A stretch of 61,762 bases of DNA, filler included, from Chiloscyllium plagiosum (Eukaryota), in assembly GCF_004010195.1 (NCBI RefSeq). It is 5 parts of 2 records of this genome, joined end to end, with 100 filler letters (N's around TTAATTAATTAA, not from the genome) between each part and the next. Parts side by side here need not be neighbours in the genome. Positions count along the whole stretch, not along the records: positions 1 to 10,750 come from NC_057713.1; positions 10,851 to 29,387 come from NC_057713.1; 3 more parts are not named here. One strand, written 5' to 3'. The position numbers were made by a program, and so were the translations under genes. The notes under the pieces are model-generated. The model was not told the DNA's origin. It saw only the letters and a program-made list of their open reading frames with translations, and searched no databases. Position 1 is the first letter of the stretch, and each line of letters starts with the position of its first letter. This document shows positions 1 through 12,226 of the stretch, in pieces.

Positions 1-213
1 CTACAGTGGACAGCTGAAACTGACAACCGGAAGTGGCAGGGACAGGCCACTATAAATGCCGGAGGAAACACCACAGAAGCGCTTCACAGGAGGCTCCCAA
101 GCACTGAGGATGTCACCTAGACAGGGGACGAAACATTTGCAACAAAAACTTCCAGCTCGGCGAACAGAACCACAGCAACGAGCACCCGAGCTACAAATCT
201 TCTCACAAACCTT
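1..213 (+). mobile_element. 3' terminal repeat (pLTR) fragment of a Penelope-like element, family 3, carrying a hammerhead motif
   Basis: Contains gca-CTGAGGA-(tgtcacctagacaggggac)-GAAACATT-tgc at 101-140, a hammerhead core layout typical of PLE terminal repeats. No coding part in the window, so family assignment is inferred. Confidence 0.55.
101..140 (+). ncRNA. Minimal type I hammerhead ribozyme motif, probably mutated (ACAT instead of palindromic ACGT)
   Basis: CUGAGGA at 104-110; stem II gtc.cct/agg.gac; GAAAC at 130-134; stem I gca/tgc. Confidence 0.55.
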
Positions 214-1326
214 GAACATGTTTTATGTATGTACTCAGTATAGAATCTTCTGGGACTGTTTTTTTTTAAGTGGAGACACTAAGGTCTGCATCTGTATATT
301 TGAAAACTTTGACTCTGATACCAAATAACAAAATCCAGACTAAAGGTATCACTATTAGCCTATTGCCTGAAACTATTTACAAAGATGTTCCTGACTTGAA
401 TGAATATTCTGAAACCAAGAATGGTGATTATCTCGAGCTCCCAGGGGGAATGTCTGTAAATAATAATCTAGTTTGTGGTTAATCAATGTAAATGAAACAC
501 TCTGTGTGGAATCTGATATGACCAAGAATAACGCTGTCTATACTAAGAAATCTGGGAAAGTCACATGAGAAGGCAAGCGAAGCCTACCTGGATGTAGGGA
601 GCATTTTCCAACAGAGTTCCAGATGTCAAGATGAGACTCCCAGGGAGCAATGAGAGCCTAATTAATTGGGATTATTGTCTGTAATCAATCTCATTAACTG
701 CAAATCTCACTTTATTGATATGCATCTTCCTCTTGTACCACAGGAGGGATAGAAACAGATGTTCGAGGAACAAAATGACAATTGGAGTGGGGGTCTGGTG
801 ACACTGGTTCATATCATACATCTCCAGACCACCATTTTGGCTAAAGGTCCAGGCCACACTCCAGGATATGGTGCACACCAGCAGCTATCATTGGGATGTT
901 GCTGTCAGGACAAATTGCTCCCAAAGACATGCTCATAGCTTGGACCAGGATGCTGCTCATTTGTTCTCTTAGTGCTTACTCAGTTAGCCCTTACCTGAAT
1001 GCTCTGGGCTCCTTTGCTCCACCTTGTCTTACATTTTTTGTGCTTTGTCCCTCTGCTACAGTTTAAAGGTTTACAGCACTGATGCATTGCCGCGTTATTG
1101 AGAGCAGACACAAAGCCACAGGCAGCTTGTCATGTTGGTCAGCAGCCATTAGCATGGAAAACACCTGCACGCTATTTTATTTAAAGTGTCAAAGTCTAAA
1201 GGGGAGTGGGCCGCAGTGAAGTCCAGGGAGATGCCCATCAGTCAGTCGCAGTAAGTCAATGAAAGTCTCCAGCATTAGTCCTTACATACAGTCATTTGGC
1301 TGATCTGGGCAGTCAGCAAGAGAACC

Positions 1327-1861
1327 TTCTTTATAGAGTTTGAGGAGTTGAATGTCAGGCACACCACCATCTGCGTTGATATATCTTCAGGCTGAGAGAA
1401 ATAAGAGTTTGGGTGACACAGTTATTCGTGCTGGTGCAGATGTGGGAAAAGTGATAAGGCATCCAGAGTGAATGAATAGGCAGTGTAGAGGCAAAGTTCG
1501 TTGTGTGGGGAGAATGGGTTGCTGAGAATAAGATACTAAATGCAGTAGTGAGAACGATAGAGCATGAGCCTTGGTGGGGTGTGCATGCAGTCACAGAGAG
1601 AAGATGCTGGCACTTACCCTATAGAGCAGAGGAGGTGATTTACCTCCTAATACTGCTGGGCATTCCAACAGAAGCTGAATCATATTGGACTTGGGTAGCG
1701 ACAACTTCAGATCAGGCTGGCAGTGCTTGGGGTTGTGAACACCTCTGGCAGTCCTGGGAGAAGAGGAGTGTCCCATCTTTAACCAGCTGGTCCGCCAGAA
1801 CTTTCAGGTCCCTGCCTGCACAGTGGAGCTCCAAGTTCCCCTTGCCTGTGGCAAATGCCAT
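1327..1861 (-). pseudogene. Degenerate Myb/SANT-like DNA-binding gene, likely a PIF/Harbinger DNA transposon remnant
   Basis: Minus strand from ATG at 1861 reads MAFATGKG..RDLKVLADQLV..LLFSQD..LPA*SEVVATQV, frameshift, WNAQQY*EVNHLLCSI, then a gtaagtg donor at 1617. Downstream ADGGVPDIQLLKLYKE (1327-1374) resembles the TGGG.PD...LT..EE motif of these proteins. Stops and frameshifts present. Confidence 0.55.
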
Positions 1862-2412
1862 AAACCTTGAAGGGTGGCTCTGGACTGACATTGTTGACCA
1901 ATTTCTAAAAATGGCAGCAGCACTAGGGATCCTAAGGCATGACCAGGACTTCCTGCCAATGATGAGTATTTGCAGCTGTGATGAGTAGGAGAATCAGGCT
2001 GGCATCAAACGAGAAGGCTGCCGTAAGGACATGGTAAGTGGTTAATGAAGTGAGTTCAGAATAGTAGCGTGAGAATTCTTGCTTAGCTTCATAGAGAGAT
2101 AAACTTCTTATGAAACTCAACATAAATAAAACTTTGCCAAAATAGAATAAGATTCAGCTGTATTTGGTAAAGGACTCATGAGAAACCAAGTGGTAAGGCA
2201 CCCATATTAGCCTCCCTTTTAATCTTTAAATGTTATCTGCAGGAGGATACAGAAACAGCTGTAATAGAAAAGCCAGTACCATCCATGCATTGAGACTGTA
2301 ACACACAGCCTTCAAACCAGAAGTTCACCAAAGATCTTCAGAAAGTATGTTCCAAACCCACAATCACTTTCATCTCGAAGGACAAGGGCAGCAGAAACAC
2401 CACCATCTACAA

Positions 2413-2860
2413 GCCTAACATATGATGAACAGCTGAGGATCCTGGGATTGCATTCATTAGAGTTTAGAAGGTTATGGGGAAATCTAATAAAAACTTAGAA
2501 GATAATGCATGGCTTAGAAAGGGTGGATGCTGGGAAGTTGTTTCCGTTAGGCGGGGAGACTAGGACCTGTGGGCACATCCTTAAAATTAGAGGAGGTCTA
2601 TTTAGAATGGAAATGAGGAGACATTTCTTCAGCCAGAGAGTGGTGGGCCTGTGGAATTCATTGCCACGGAGCACAGTGGCGGCCAGGACATTGGGTGTAT
2701 TCAAGGCAGAAATTGATAAGTTTTTGATCTCGCAAGGAATTAAGGGCTATGGGGCGAGTGTGGGTAAGTGGAATTGAAACACCCATCAGCCATGATTAAA
2801 TGGCAGAGTAGACTCGATGGGTCAAATGGCCTTGCTTCTACTCCTATGTCTTATGGTCTT
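2413..2860 (+). mobile_element. CR1 LINE 3' fragment
   Basis: ORF2 C-terminus (GLERVDAGKLFPL..TCGH.LKI..FFSQRVVGLWNSLP) followed by 3'UTR and cttatg tail. Confidence 0.9.
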
Positions 2861-3086
2861 AAGTTCCCCTCCACTCACTGTCCTGACTTGGAAATATATC
2901 AGCCGTTCCTTCAGTGTCGTTGGGTCAAATGCTGGAATTATCTCCCCAAGAACCTTATGGGTTTACTTAAAGCAACTGGACTGCAGTGTTTCAAAATGGT
3001 GTTTACCACCTTCTCAAGGGCAACTATGGATAAGCAATTAATGCTTGCCAGCCAGTGACACACAAATCCCATGTGTACGTGAAAAA
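2861..3086 (+). mobile_element. 3' end of a second LINE family (L2/CR1-type)
   Basis: Tail aagggcaactatggataagcaattaatgc..ccagtgacac resembles the reverse complement of 8225-8275, 8755-8810 and 55285-55330. Confidence 0.6.
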
Positions 3087-3549
3087 ACCTGTTTGTCTTT
3101 GAGTTCACCCATATGGTAAGCCAGCTTCCTACTAATGAGGAGATTATAATAATCAGCTCTTTAACCTGAATGAAGTCCATCTCTTTTAGAGAACTCTGGT
3201 GCAACTGTGATTCTTGTATATTGTATTTTCATCCATGGTACTTTTCAGTGAACTGTTCTCCTCGACCGTACTTTCCGTGAGTGTCGGTGTATATGAGATT
3301 GGGTGAATGAAAGATGTAGCATTAAGAACTTTGCAGTTAACATGGGAAACAAATCCTCTTTATTTACATCCACGCTATTGCTGCTGATCAGCTGATGTAA
3401 TGTTAGTTAAATGTATTAGACCAAATACAAAGGACACAATTTCAACTTGCCAGTAGGATGTTTGCTTCCAAAACCAAATCTAGAACTAAACAATGTACAA
3501 AGGCAACAGTCAAACCCCCCGACTGCAATTTCAAGATGCCAGTATAATG

Positions 3550-4460
3550 ATAGAGTAATAGAGTCCTACAGCATGAAGGCAGGATCCCTGGCTCAAACTG
3601 GTCCACGCTGACCAAAATGTTCATCCACACTAATCCCATTTCCCTGCACTTGGTCCATATTCTTCTAAACCTTTTCTATCCGTGTATTTGTCCAAATGCC
3701 TTTTAAATGTTGTTAATGTATTACTTCCCCGGCAGCTCATTCCCTCTGTGTAAAAATGTTCCCCCTCAGGTTGCCTTCCATTCTTTCCTCTCTAATGTTA
3801 AACTGATGCCCACTAGTCCTCGACTTCCCCAACTCTGGGAAAAAGACTGAGTGCATTCATCCTATCCACTTCTATAAGATTCCACCTTAGTCTCCTCTGC
3901 TCTAAAGAAAAAAAGTCCTAGCTTGTCCAAACTCTCCCTATAACTCAGACCATTGAGTCCTGACAACATCCTTGTAAATTTCTTCTGCACATCCTTTCTT
4001 TTGCAAGGTGACCACGACTGAACATAATGCTCCAAGTGTAGCCTCACCAATGCCCTGTACAAATGTAACATAACTTCCCAACTTCTATACTCAGTGCCTG
4101 ACTGATAAAGGCCAGTGTGCTGATATCTTTCTTCACTGCTCTGTATACCCGTGACTCCACTTTCAGAGAACAGTGAATCTGGACTCCAAGATCTCTCTAT
4201 TTCACAACACTCCTTAAGACCGTACCATTCACCGTGAAACCCAACTTGATTTGACTTTCCAAAATGCAAGACCCAGTACTTATCTACATTAAACTCAACT
4301 TGTTATTTCTCAACCCACTGTCCCATCTGATCAAGGTTCTACTCCAATTTCTGATACATTTCCTCACTGTCCATGAAACTGCCTATTTTAGTGTTATCTA
4401 CAAACTTAATAATCATGCCTTGTACATTCTCATCCAAATCATTGTTACAGATAACAAACA
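3550..4460 (-). mobile_element. CR1 LINE 3' fragment (RT end + 3'UTR)
   Basis: MHFGKSN..EYRSWEVML.LYRALVR.HLE..VQ.WSP..KFTRML.GL; catagag-like tail at 3550. Confidence 0.9.
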
Positions 4461-4464
4461 GTAT

Positions 4465-4760
4465 CATCACAGGCCATTCAGCCCCTTAAGCCTGTTCACC
4501 ATTCAGTGTGATCATGGCCAATATATAGCCTAACTCCATATACCTGCCTTTGGTCCATTTGCATGCTTAACAAAAAAATTATCTGATTTAAAATTAACAA
4601 CTGATCCAGCATCCACTGCTATTTGTGGATGAAAGTTCCAAACATCTACTACCCTTTGTATGCAGATATGTTTTCTATCATCTCTCCTGAATGGTTCCAG
4701 CCCTAATTCTCAGACTATGCCTTCTCATTCTAGAACCTGCAACTGGTGGAAATCGTATAT
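4465..4760 (-). mobile_element. CR1 LINE 3'UTR fragment, different subfamily
   Basis: aggccattcagcccc..ccattcagt.tgatcatggc tail, recurring at 21580, 32760, 43147 and 47520. Confidence 0.7.
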
Positions 4761-5059
4761 TTGATAAAATATAACTTTGAGCCGTATATAAGGAATGAGA
4801 GAAGATGTCTGAAAGGACCAAATTTAGATAGCCCCTGGGGATCATAATGCAAGGGTATCTCACAATTGTTAAAGATAATAGAGACCACACAGCAACTTTA
4901 TGCTGACTACCCATTATAGTGATGTCTGCATGCATTCCTTGCCAAACTCACTGTTAATCAGTTGCACTCATTACTCTTAACATTCTTTTCAGGGCTATCT
5001 AATTGAAATCCTCCCTGAAATTGTCTCTCATTCCTTCATATTGTTACTTGTTAATACTA

Positions 5060-5264
5060 GAGCTAAAATGTGTTGCTGGAAAAGCGCAGCAGGTCAGGCA
5101 GCATCCAAGGAACAGGAGAATTGACATTTCGGGCATAAGCCCTTCTTCAGGAATGCCCGAAACATCGATTCTCCTGTTCCTTGGATGCTGCCTGACATGC
5201 TGCGCTTTTCCAGCAACACATTTTCAGCTCTGATCTCCAGCATCTGCAGTCCTCACTTTCTCCA
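5060..5264. mobile_element. Fold-back (head-to-head) PLE pLTR mini-insertion with 14-bp TSD
   Basis: TSD acttgttaatacta at 5046-5059 and 5265-5278; arms are near reverse complements; sequence matches the pLTR at 32855-32976. Confidence 0.9.
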
Positions 5265-5649
5265 ACTTGTTAATACTATCCAACCTACAATCCAATACTA
5301 AAGCCAACCTGCATCCCTTAAAGGGAAGTTGTGGTTTGTGGCTGCTGGCGGTAATGAAGACATTTAGAATAACCTTGTACAACAAGGAACAGTGGCTGAA
5401 CATGGGAAAGAATGTGCACAAAGGTTTTAGGATACAGCACAGGAAGTCTTGGTGAAGGAAGTGAATAGCAAGAGACATTCCGGTGTTCACATAGGGTTAA
5501 GGGAGCCTTCTAGATGTACATTGACAATAGGAGCAGCAGATGTCAGTACAAAGTTTAGTCAGCAAGATATGTAGTTTAATTGACCTCAAATAACTGGTCA
5601 GCATCATTTAATGCATCTTTCATTGCTACATTGGACTGTAAGAAAAGGG

Positions 5650-7818
5650 GTAGTCTACCATGGGTGTTGAAGGAAATAAGGGAGGCTGTCAAATTGAAAG
5701 AGAAAGCAAATAAAGTGGCCAAGAATTGCAGGAAATTAGAAGATTGGGAAAGTTTTAAAGGTCAACAGAAGGCCACAAAAAGAGCTATAAAGGAAAGTAA
5801 GATAGAACATGAGAAAAAACTAGCACAGAAGATAAAGACAGATAGCAAAAGTTTCTACAAATAGAAAAACTGAAAAAGAGTGGTTAAACATTTGATCCTT
5901 TAGAGGACTAGAAGGGGCATTTAGTTATGGGATATGATGAAATGGCCGAGGCATTGAACAGATATTTTATATTGGTCTTCATTTTGGAGGAGACAAATAA
6001 CATGCCAGTAACTGACAAAGAGATGAAGGTAGGTGAGGACCTGGAAACAATCATTACTATGGAAGAGCTAGTGTTGGGCAAGCTAATGGAGCTAAGGATA
6101 GACACGTCTCCTGGCTCTGATGGATTGCATCCCAGAGTACCAAAGAGATGGCAGGAGAAATAGCAAGTGCACTGGTCGTAATTTTCCAAGATTCAATGGA
6201 CTCTGGGGCAGTTCCAGCAGCCTGGCAAACAGCAAATGTGACGCCACTGTTTAAAAGGGAGGTAGACAAAAGGTGGGGAATTATAGACCAGTTAGCCTAA
6301 CTCTGTAGTGGGGAAGATGCTTGAGACTATTATCAAGGAAGAAATAGTAAGGCATCTAGATAGGAATTGTCCAGTTGGGCAGAAGCAGCATGTGTTCATG
6401 AAGGGCAGGTCAGGCTTAAATCTTTTGGAATTCTATGAAGACATTACGAATAAGGTGGACAACAGGGGCCCAGCTGATGTAGTGTATCTAGATTTCCAAA
6501 ATTCTGGATCAGTGGTGCTGGAAGAGCACAGCAATTCAGGCAGCATCCGACGAGCCTGAATTGCAGTGCTCTTCCAGCACCACTGATCCAGAATCTGGTT
6601 TCCAGCATCTGCAGTCATTGTTTTTACCTTTAGATTTCCAAAAGGCCTTTGACAAGGTACCGCACAAGAGGCTGCAGCATTAGATAAAGATTCATGGCGC
6701 TACAGGTAAAGTATTAGCATGGATAGAGGATTGGTTGATAAACATGAAGCAAAGAATGGGGATAAATGAGTGCTATTCTGGCTGGCAACCAGTAACTAAT
6801 GGTGTGCCTCAGGAATCAGTGTTGGGACCACAATTAATTACAATTTTTGTACAGATGATTTGAAGTTGGGGATCTCGTGCAGTGTGTCAAAATTTGCAGA
6901 TGACACTAAGATGAGTAGCAGAGCAAAGTGTGCGGAGGACTGTGAAACTTTGCAGAGGAACAGAGATAGTTTAAATGAGTGGGCAAAGGTCTGGCCGATG
7001 GAGTGCAATATTAATAAATGTGAGATCACCCATTTTGGTAGGAGTAACAGCAAAAAGGATTATTATTTGAATGGTAAAAAGCTGCAGCATGTTGGCTTGC
7101 AGAGGGACCTGGGTGCCCTTGTGCATGAGTCACAGAGGGTCAGTCTGCAGGTACAACAGGTAATTAGGAAGGCAAATAGAATTTTGCCCCTTATTGCTAA
7201 AGGGATTGAGTTTAAAAGCAGTGAGATTTATGTTGCAGCTATATAGGGAGCTGATGAGGCCACACTTGGAGTACTGCATGCAGTTTTGGTCTCCTTACTT
7301 GAGAAAGGATGGGCTGGCACTAGAGGAGAGAGAGAGGACGTTCACTGGGTTGATTCCAGAGTTGAGAAGGTTGGCTTATGAGGAGAGACTGAGTAGACTG
7401 GGATTATTTTCATTGGAATTTTGAGGGATGAGGGGGCATGTTATAGAAACATGTAAAATTATGAAGAGAATAAATAAGATAGGAGTAGAGAGAATGTTTC
7501 CATTGGCAGGTGAAGCGAGGACAAAGGGCCCGTAGCCTCAAGACTAGGGAGAGCACATTTAGGACTGAATTGAGAAGGAACTTCTTCACCCAGAGGGTTA
7601 TAAATCTACAAAATTCCCTGCCCAGTGAAGTAGTTGTCACTACTTCAGTAAATGTTTTTAAAGCTAAGATAGATTTATTTTACAATTAAGGGATATAGTG
7701 AGAGTGTGGATAAGTGGAGCTGAGTCCACGAAAGGGTCAGCCATGATCTAATTGAATAGCAGAGCAGCTCAAAGGGCCAGATGGCCTACTCCTGCTCCTA
7801 GTCTTATATTCCTATGTA
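5650..7818 (+). mobile_element. CR1 LINE ORF2 (linker, RT, C-terminus) and 3'UTR, frameshifted
   Basis: SPGSDGLHPRV, VVYLDFQ|KAFDKV, SKFADDTK, RPHLEYC.QFWSP motifs; interrupted at 6502-6630. Confidence 0.93.
6502..6630. mobile_element. Fold-back PLE pLTR mini-insertion inside CR1 RT, 13-bp TSD
   Basis: TSD tagatttccaaaa at 6489-6501 and 6631-6643; internal inverted repeat; removing it restores YLDFQKAFDKV. Confidence 0.9.
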
Positions 7819-8214
7819 AGATTTACAAAATAAATGCAACACAATCCTCGGTCAAGATCAATTGCATTAAAATAATGTTCTTCTTCAAATGTCCCCAAAA
7901 TCCTCTGTGTGCCTTTGTCCTTGTACCATAGTTAATAGGAAGTACTTATCTAAGCTGACATAATCATGTCCTTCCTAATTACTTGTCGTACCTGCAGACC
8001 AACCCTTTCAAATCTCCCTTCAATCTCCAATAGAACAGGATAATTGAATGGCGGAGCAGATTAGAAGGGCCGAATAGCTATTCCTGCTTTTTTTTCATTA
8101 CATTCTATCCTTCTCTAATTAAGCCTTGTGCATGGAGTCTGTCATCCTTGTAACCATTCTGGTAAATTTCCTATGCACTCTTTCAAGGACTCTTGCATCC
8201 TTCCTGAATTTTTT

Positions 8215-9590
8215 TTCATTCATTGAATGTGGGTGTCACTGGCTAGGCCAGCATTTATTGTCCATCCCTAATCACCCAGAGAGCAGTTAAGAGTCAACCA
8301 TATTGCTATGGATCTGGAGTTACATGTAGGCCAGACCAGGTAAGGATGGCAGTTTCCTTCCCTAAAGGACATTAGAGAACCAGATGGGTTTTTCCTGACA
8401 ATTGACAATGGTTTCATGGTCATCATTAGACTCTTAATTCCAAGAATTCAATTAAGAATTCAAATTCTACCGTCTGCTGTGGTGGGATTTGAACCTAAGT
8501 CTCCATAACATCACCTGGGTCTGGCGATAATACCACTTGGCCATTGCTTCCCTATGCTTCACTAATGTTGATCAGAATACTCTGTGGAGAAGATGTCAAG
8601 ACAACCTAAATGATCTGAGTAAATGGACTTGGGTATGATGTCGAGAGCCACACAGAATAGCGAACAAACATTCAAAGTGATTTAGCAAATAAAGGACTGT
8701 AAGGAAGTGATTGCATTAATCACTGGGATTCATGCCCATATTTTTATTCATTCATGTGAGCTTGGACATCATTGGCTAGGCAAATATTTATTATCCTTCG
8801 ATAACTGCTCTTGAGGAAGTAGTGTTGAGCTGATTTCTTGAACTACTGCAGTGGCATATAACTGATCCACAAGTCTTTAGAAGGAAGTTTTAAGGATTTT
8901 GACCCTGCATGAGAGTGGCAAGATGGCTCAATGGTTAGCACTGCTGTCCCACAGCGCCAGGGACCTGGGTTCGATTCCAGTCTTGACTGTATGGAGTTTG
9001 AACATTCTCCCAGTGTCTGCATGAGTTTCCTCCCACAATCTAGGGATATGTAAACCAGGTGGATTGGCCATGGGAAATTAACAGCCCTAATACCATTAGG
9101 CCACTGCCTTTCCTGTGACTTTGTGATGGAGAGGTGTCCATTGGTGATACCACTGAAGATAGTTGTCCCGAGGACACTACCCTGCAGATATCGTCTCCGA
9201 TCATTGGAGCCTTCCCACCCCCCAGCCAACCTGGATTTCCACTGATTTCAGTTTTGCTTAGGACCCGTTGATGCTATGGTCAGGTGTCAGAGTCAGTCAC
9301 CTTACCTCTGAAGTTCTGCGCATTAATTGATGTTTGGAACAAGGCTGTAATGAGCTTAGGATTTGGCATCTGCATTGGTAAACAGGTAGTTGCTGAGCAA
9401 GTGCAGCTTGATGGTCCTGTCCACAACTCCTTCCATCATTATGCTGATGAATGAAAGCAGACTGAGGTAGTGATTTGTCCTGCTTTTAGTTCTCAGACTA
9501 GATGTTGATAATTTGCTGAGTATGTATTATTGTAATAGCTGTGTTGTAACATCTTGGCTTGGGCATCAGCAAGTTCTGGAACACAAGTCA
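8215..9590 (-). mobile_element. Patchwork of decayed L2/CR1-type LINE fragments (with a partial + strand HE1-type SINE at about 8920-9080)
   Basis: Tail motif ggtgtcactggctaggccagcatttattg twice; 9330-9480 resembles the reverse complement of 42220-42390. SINE head with A/B boxes at 8923-8980. Confidence 0.6.
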
Positions 9591-9606
9591 TCAGTACTAT
9601 TGCTGG

Positions 9607-9734
9607 GTGAAAGTGAGGACTGCAGATGCTGGAGATTAGAGTCAAGAGTGTGGTGCTGGAAAAGCGCAGCAGGTCGGGCAGCATCTGAGGAGCAGGAGAA
9701 CTAACATTTCGGGAAAAAGCCCTTCATCAGGAAG
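9607..9734 (-). mobile_element. Solo PLE pLTR insertion with hammerhead motif, 13-bp TSD
   Basis: TSD gtact(a/g)ttgctgg at 9594-9606 and 9735-9747; minus strand CTGATGA-agggcttttt-ccc-GAAATGTT. Confidence 0.85.
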
Positions 9735-10028
9735 GTACTGTTGCTGGCACATTTATTAGGATGCACAACAGGTTCAGCAGTTTCTTGATATCACCACAAG
9801 ATGGAACAATAGACAAGACAGTAGTCAAAATAATTATTTATTGAAATTACTCCAAGGGCTAACATTGTACAATTAGGAAGGAGCTGAGGTCCAAAAGCTT
9901 GCAATTTCAAATAAATCTATTTGACTATAACCTGGTGTCATTTGATTTTTGACCTTGTCCACCCGAGTCTAACTTTGGCATCTCCACATCATTGTACAAT
10001 TATGAATGCTTAACTGCTTTATACAACC

Positions 10029-10116
10029 AGGCGAAAGCAAGGACTGCAGATGCTGGAGATTCTCCTGCTCCTCCAATGCTGCCTGACCTGCTGTATTTTC
10101 CAGCACCACTCTCTCG
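10029..10116. mobile_element. Internally inverted PLE pLTR mini-insertion, 16-bp TSD
   Basis: TSD actgctttatacaacc at 10013-10028 and 10117-10132. Confidence 0.85.
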
Positions 10117-10154
10117 ACTGCTTTATACAACCTATTATCTCTGGAGTAATTCCT

Positions 10155-10750
10155 AAGGCCTCTACACCTCAATCCGCCATGACCAGGGCCTCCAAGCCCT
10201 CCGTTTCTTCCTCTCCCGACATCCCCAACAGTACCCTTCCACTGACACTCTCATTCGTTTGGCCAAACTGGTCCTCACCTTTAACAATTTCTCCTTTGAA
10301 TCCTCCCATTTCCTCCAGACCAAAGGGGTAGCCATGGGCACCCGTATAGGCCCCAGCTATGCCTGTCTCTTTGTTGGCTATGTAGAACAGTCCATCTTCT
10401 GTAATTACACCGGCACCACTCTCCACCTCTTCTTCCGCTACATTGATGACTGCATTGGCACCACCTCGTCCTCCCGCGAGGAGGTTGAGCAATTCATCAA
10501 CTTCACCAACACATTCCACCCTGACCTTAAATTTACCTGGACCATCTCTGACACCTCCCTCCCCTTCTTGGATCTCTCCATCTCCATTAATGGCGACCAA
10601 CTTGACACCGACATTTTTTACAAACCCACCGACTCCCACAGCTACCTGGATTAAACCTCTTCCCACCTACCTCCTGCAAATATACCATCCCGTATTCCCA
10701 ATTCCAGTTCCACCACAGAACACACCAGATGACCTCCTTCTTTAGAGACC
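10155..10750 (+). mobile_element. Penelope-like element reverse transcriptase fragment
   Basis: LVLTFNNFSF..FLQTKGVAMGT..GPSYACLFVG..FFRYIDDC..LPFLDL..DIFYKPTD (PLE-type RT). Confidence 0.93.
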
Positions 10751-10850
10751 NNNNNNNNNNNNNNNNNNNNNNNNNNNNNNNNNNNNNNNNNNNNTTAATT
10801 AATTAANNNNNNNNNNNNNNNNNNNNNNNNNNNNNNNNNNNNNNNNNNNN
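10751..10850. other. Assembly gap with artificial TTAATTAATTAA linker (44 N + 12 + 44 N)
   Basis: Identical 100-bp structure at 29388-29487, 45016-45115 and 55464-55563. Confidence 0.97.
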
Positions 10851-11392
10851 GTTTCTGGACTAGGGGGGATAGGACAGTGTCGAGGTAGGTAGAAATGAGT
10901 TCAGTTGGGCAGGAGCATGCTGAGACAATGGGTCGGCCAGGGTGGTCGGGCTTGTGGATCTTGGGAAGGAGGTAGAACTGGGCAGTGCGGGGTTCCCGGA
11001 CTATGAGGTTGGAAGCTGTGGGTGGGAGATCTCCTGAGGTGATGAGGTTGTGTATGGTCTGGGAGATGATGGTTTGGTGATGGGGGGTGGGGTCATGGTC
11101 AAGGGGGCGGTAGGAAGAGGTGTCCTCGAGTTGGTGTTTGGCTTCAGCGATGTAGAGGTCAGTGTGCCAGACTACCACTGCGCCCCCTTTATCTGCTGGC
11201 TTGATGGTGAGGTCAGGATTGGGGCAGAGGGATTGGAGGGCTGCGCGTTGTGAGGGTGAGAGGTTGGAGTGGGGGAGGGGGGTCGACAGGTTGAGGCGGT
11301 TAATGTCCCGGCGGCAGTTGGAAATGAAGAGGTCGAGGGCAGGTAATAGGCCAGCGCGGGGTGTCCAGGTGGATGCAGTGTGTTGGAGGTGA
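10851..11392 (-). mobile_element. Penelope-like element, pre-RT region
   Basis: PADKGGAVVVW..YLLPKIHKPDHPGRPIVSACSCPTE (DKG and PKIHK..GRPIV motifs). Confidence 0.92.
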
Positions 11393-11585
11393 CCTTAACC
11401 CTATTCCTACCCTAGTCATCCTTTTATTCCTGACATACCTATAGAAAGCTTTAGGGTTCTCTTTTATTCTATTTGCTAAAGACTGCTCATGTCCTCTCTT
11501 TGCTCTTCTTACCTCTCTCTTTAAATCCTTCCTCATTAATCTGTAACTCTCCATCAATTCATCGTCACATGAGCCTCCTTCTTCT

Positions 11586-11906
11586 GATTAGATTAGATTA
11601 GTTACAGTGTGGAAACAGGCCCTTCAGCCCAACAAGTCCACACCAACCCGCCGAAGCGCAAACCACCCAGACGTATTCCCCTACATTTACCCCTTCACCT
11701 AACACTACAGGCAATTTAGCATGGCCAATTCACCTAACCTGCACATTTTTGGACTGTGGGAGGAAACCGGAGCACCCGGAGGAAACCCACGCAGACACAG
11801 GGAGAATGTGCAAACTCCACACAGTCAGTCGACTGAGGCAGGAATTGAACCCAGGTCTCTGGCGCTTTGAGGCAGCAGTGCTAACTACTGTGCCACCATG
11901 CCGCCC
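11586..11906 (-). mobile_element. HE1-type tRNA-derived SINE
   Basis: Head gggcggcatggtggcacagtagttagc (A box) and ggttcaattcc (B box), central V-like domain, CR1-derived tail, (aatct)n end. Confidence 0.9.
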
Positions 11907-12226
11907 ACGGTGTTCTGCTTAACAAGAGATACAATATCTGTAGTAAACCATAGTTCCCTTGCCTGATCACTTCCTCCCTGCCTGACAGGAACATACCCAT
12001 CAAGGACACACAAGTTCTGCTTCTTAAACCTGCTCCACATTTTGATTATCCCCGTCCCCTGCATTTTGCTACCTCCTAAGTCTTGCCTAATCGCATTATA
12101 ATTGCCTTTGCCCCATTGATAACACTTGTCCTGTGGCATGTACCTATTCCTTCCATTGCAAAACTAAACATAACTGAATTATGGTCACTCTCTCCAAAAT
12201 GTTCATCTACTACTAAATCAAACACC

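Noticed and set aside
1503..1988. 161-aa + strand ORF
   Set aside because: Antisense shadow of the Myb/SANT remnant; no recognisable domain.
3166..3391. Minus-strand exon-like segment after a ctaac..cag signal
   Set aside because: Weak polypyrimidine tract, stops in all frames, no recognisable protein.
10795..10806. Perfect TTAATTAATTAA palindrome occurring four times
   Set aside because: Always centred in a 100-bp gap; it is a scaffolding linker, not a biological site.
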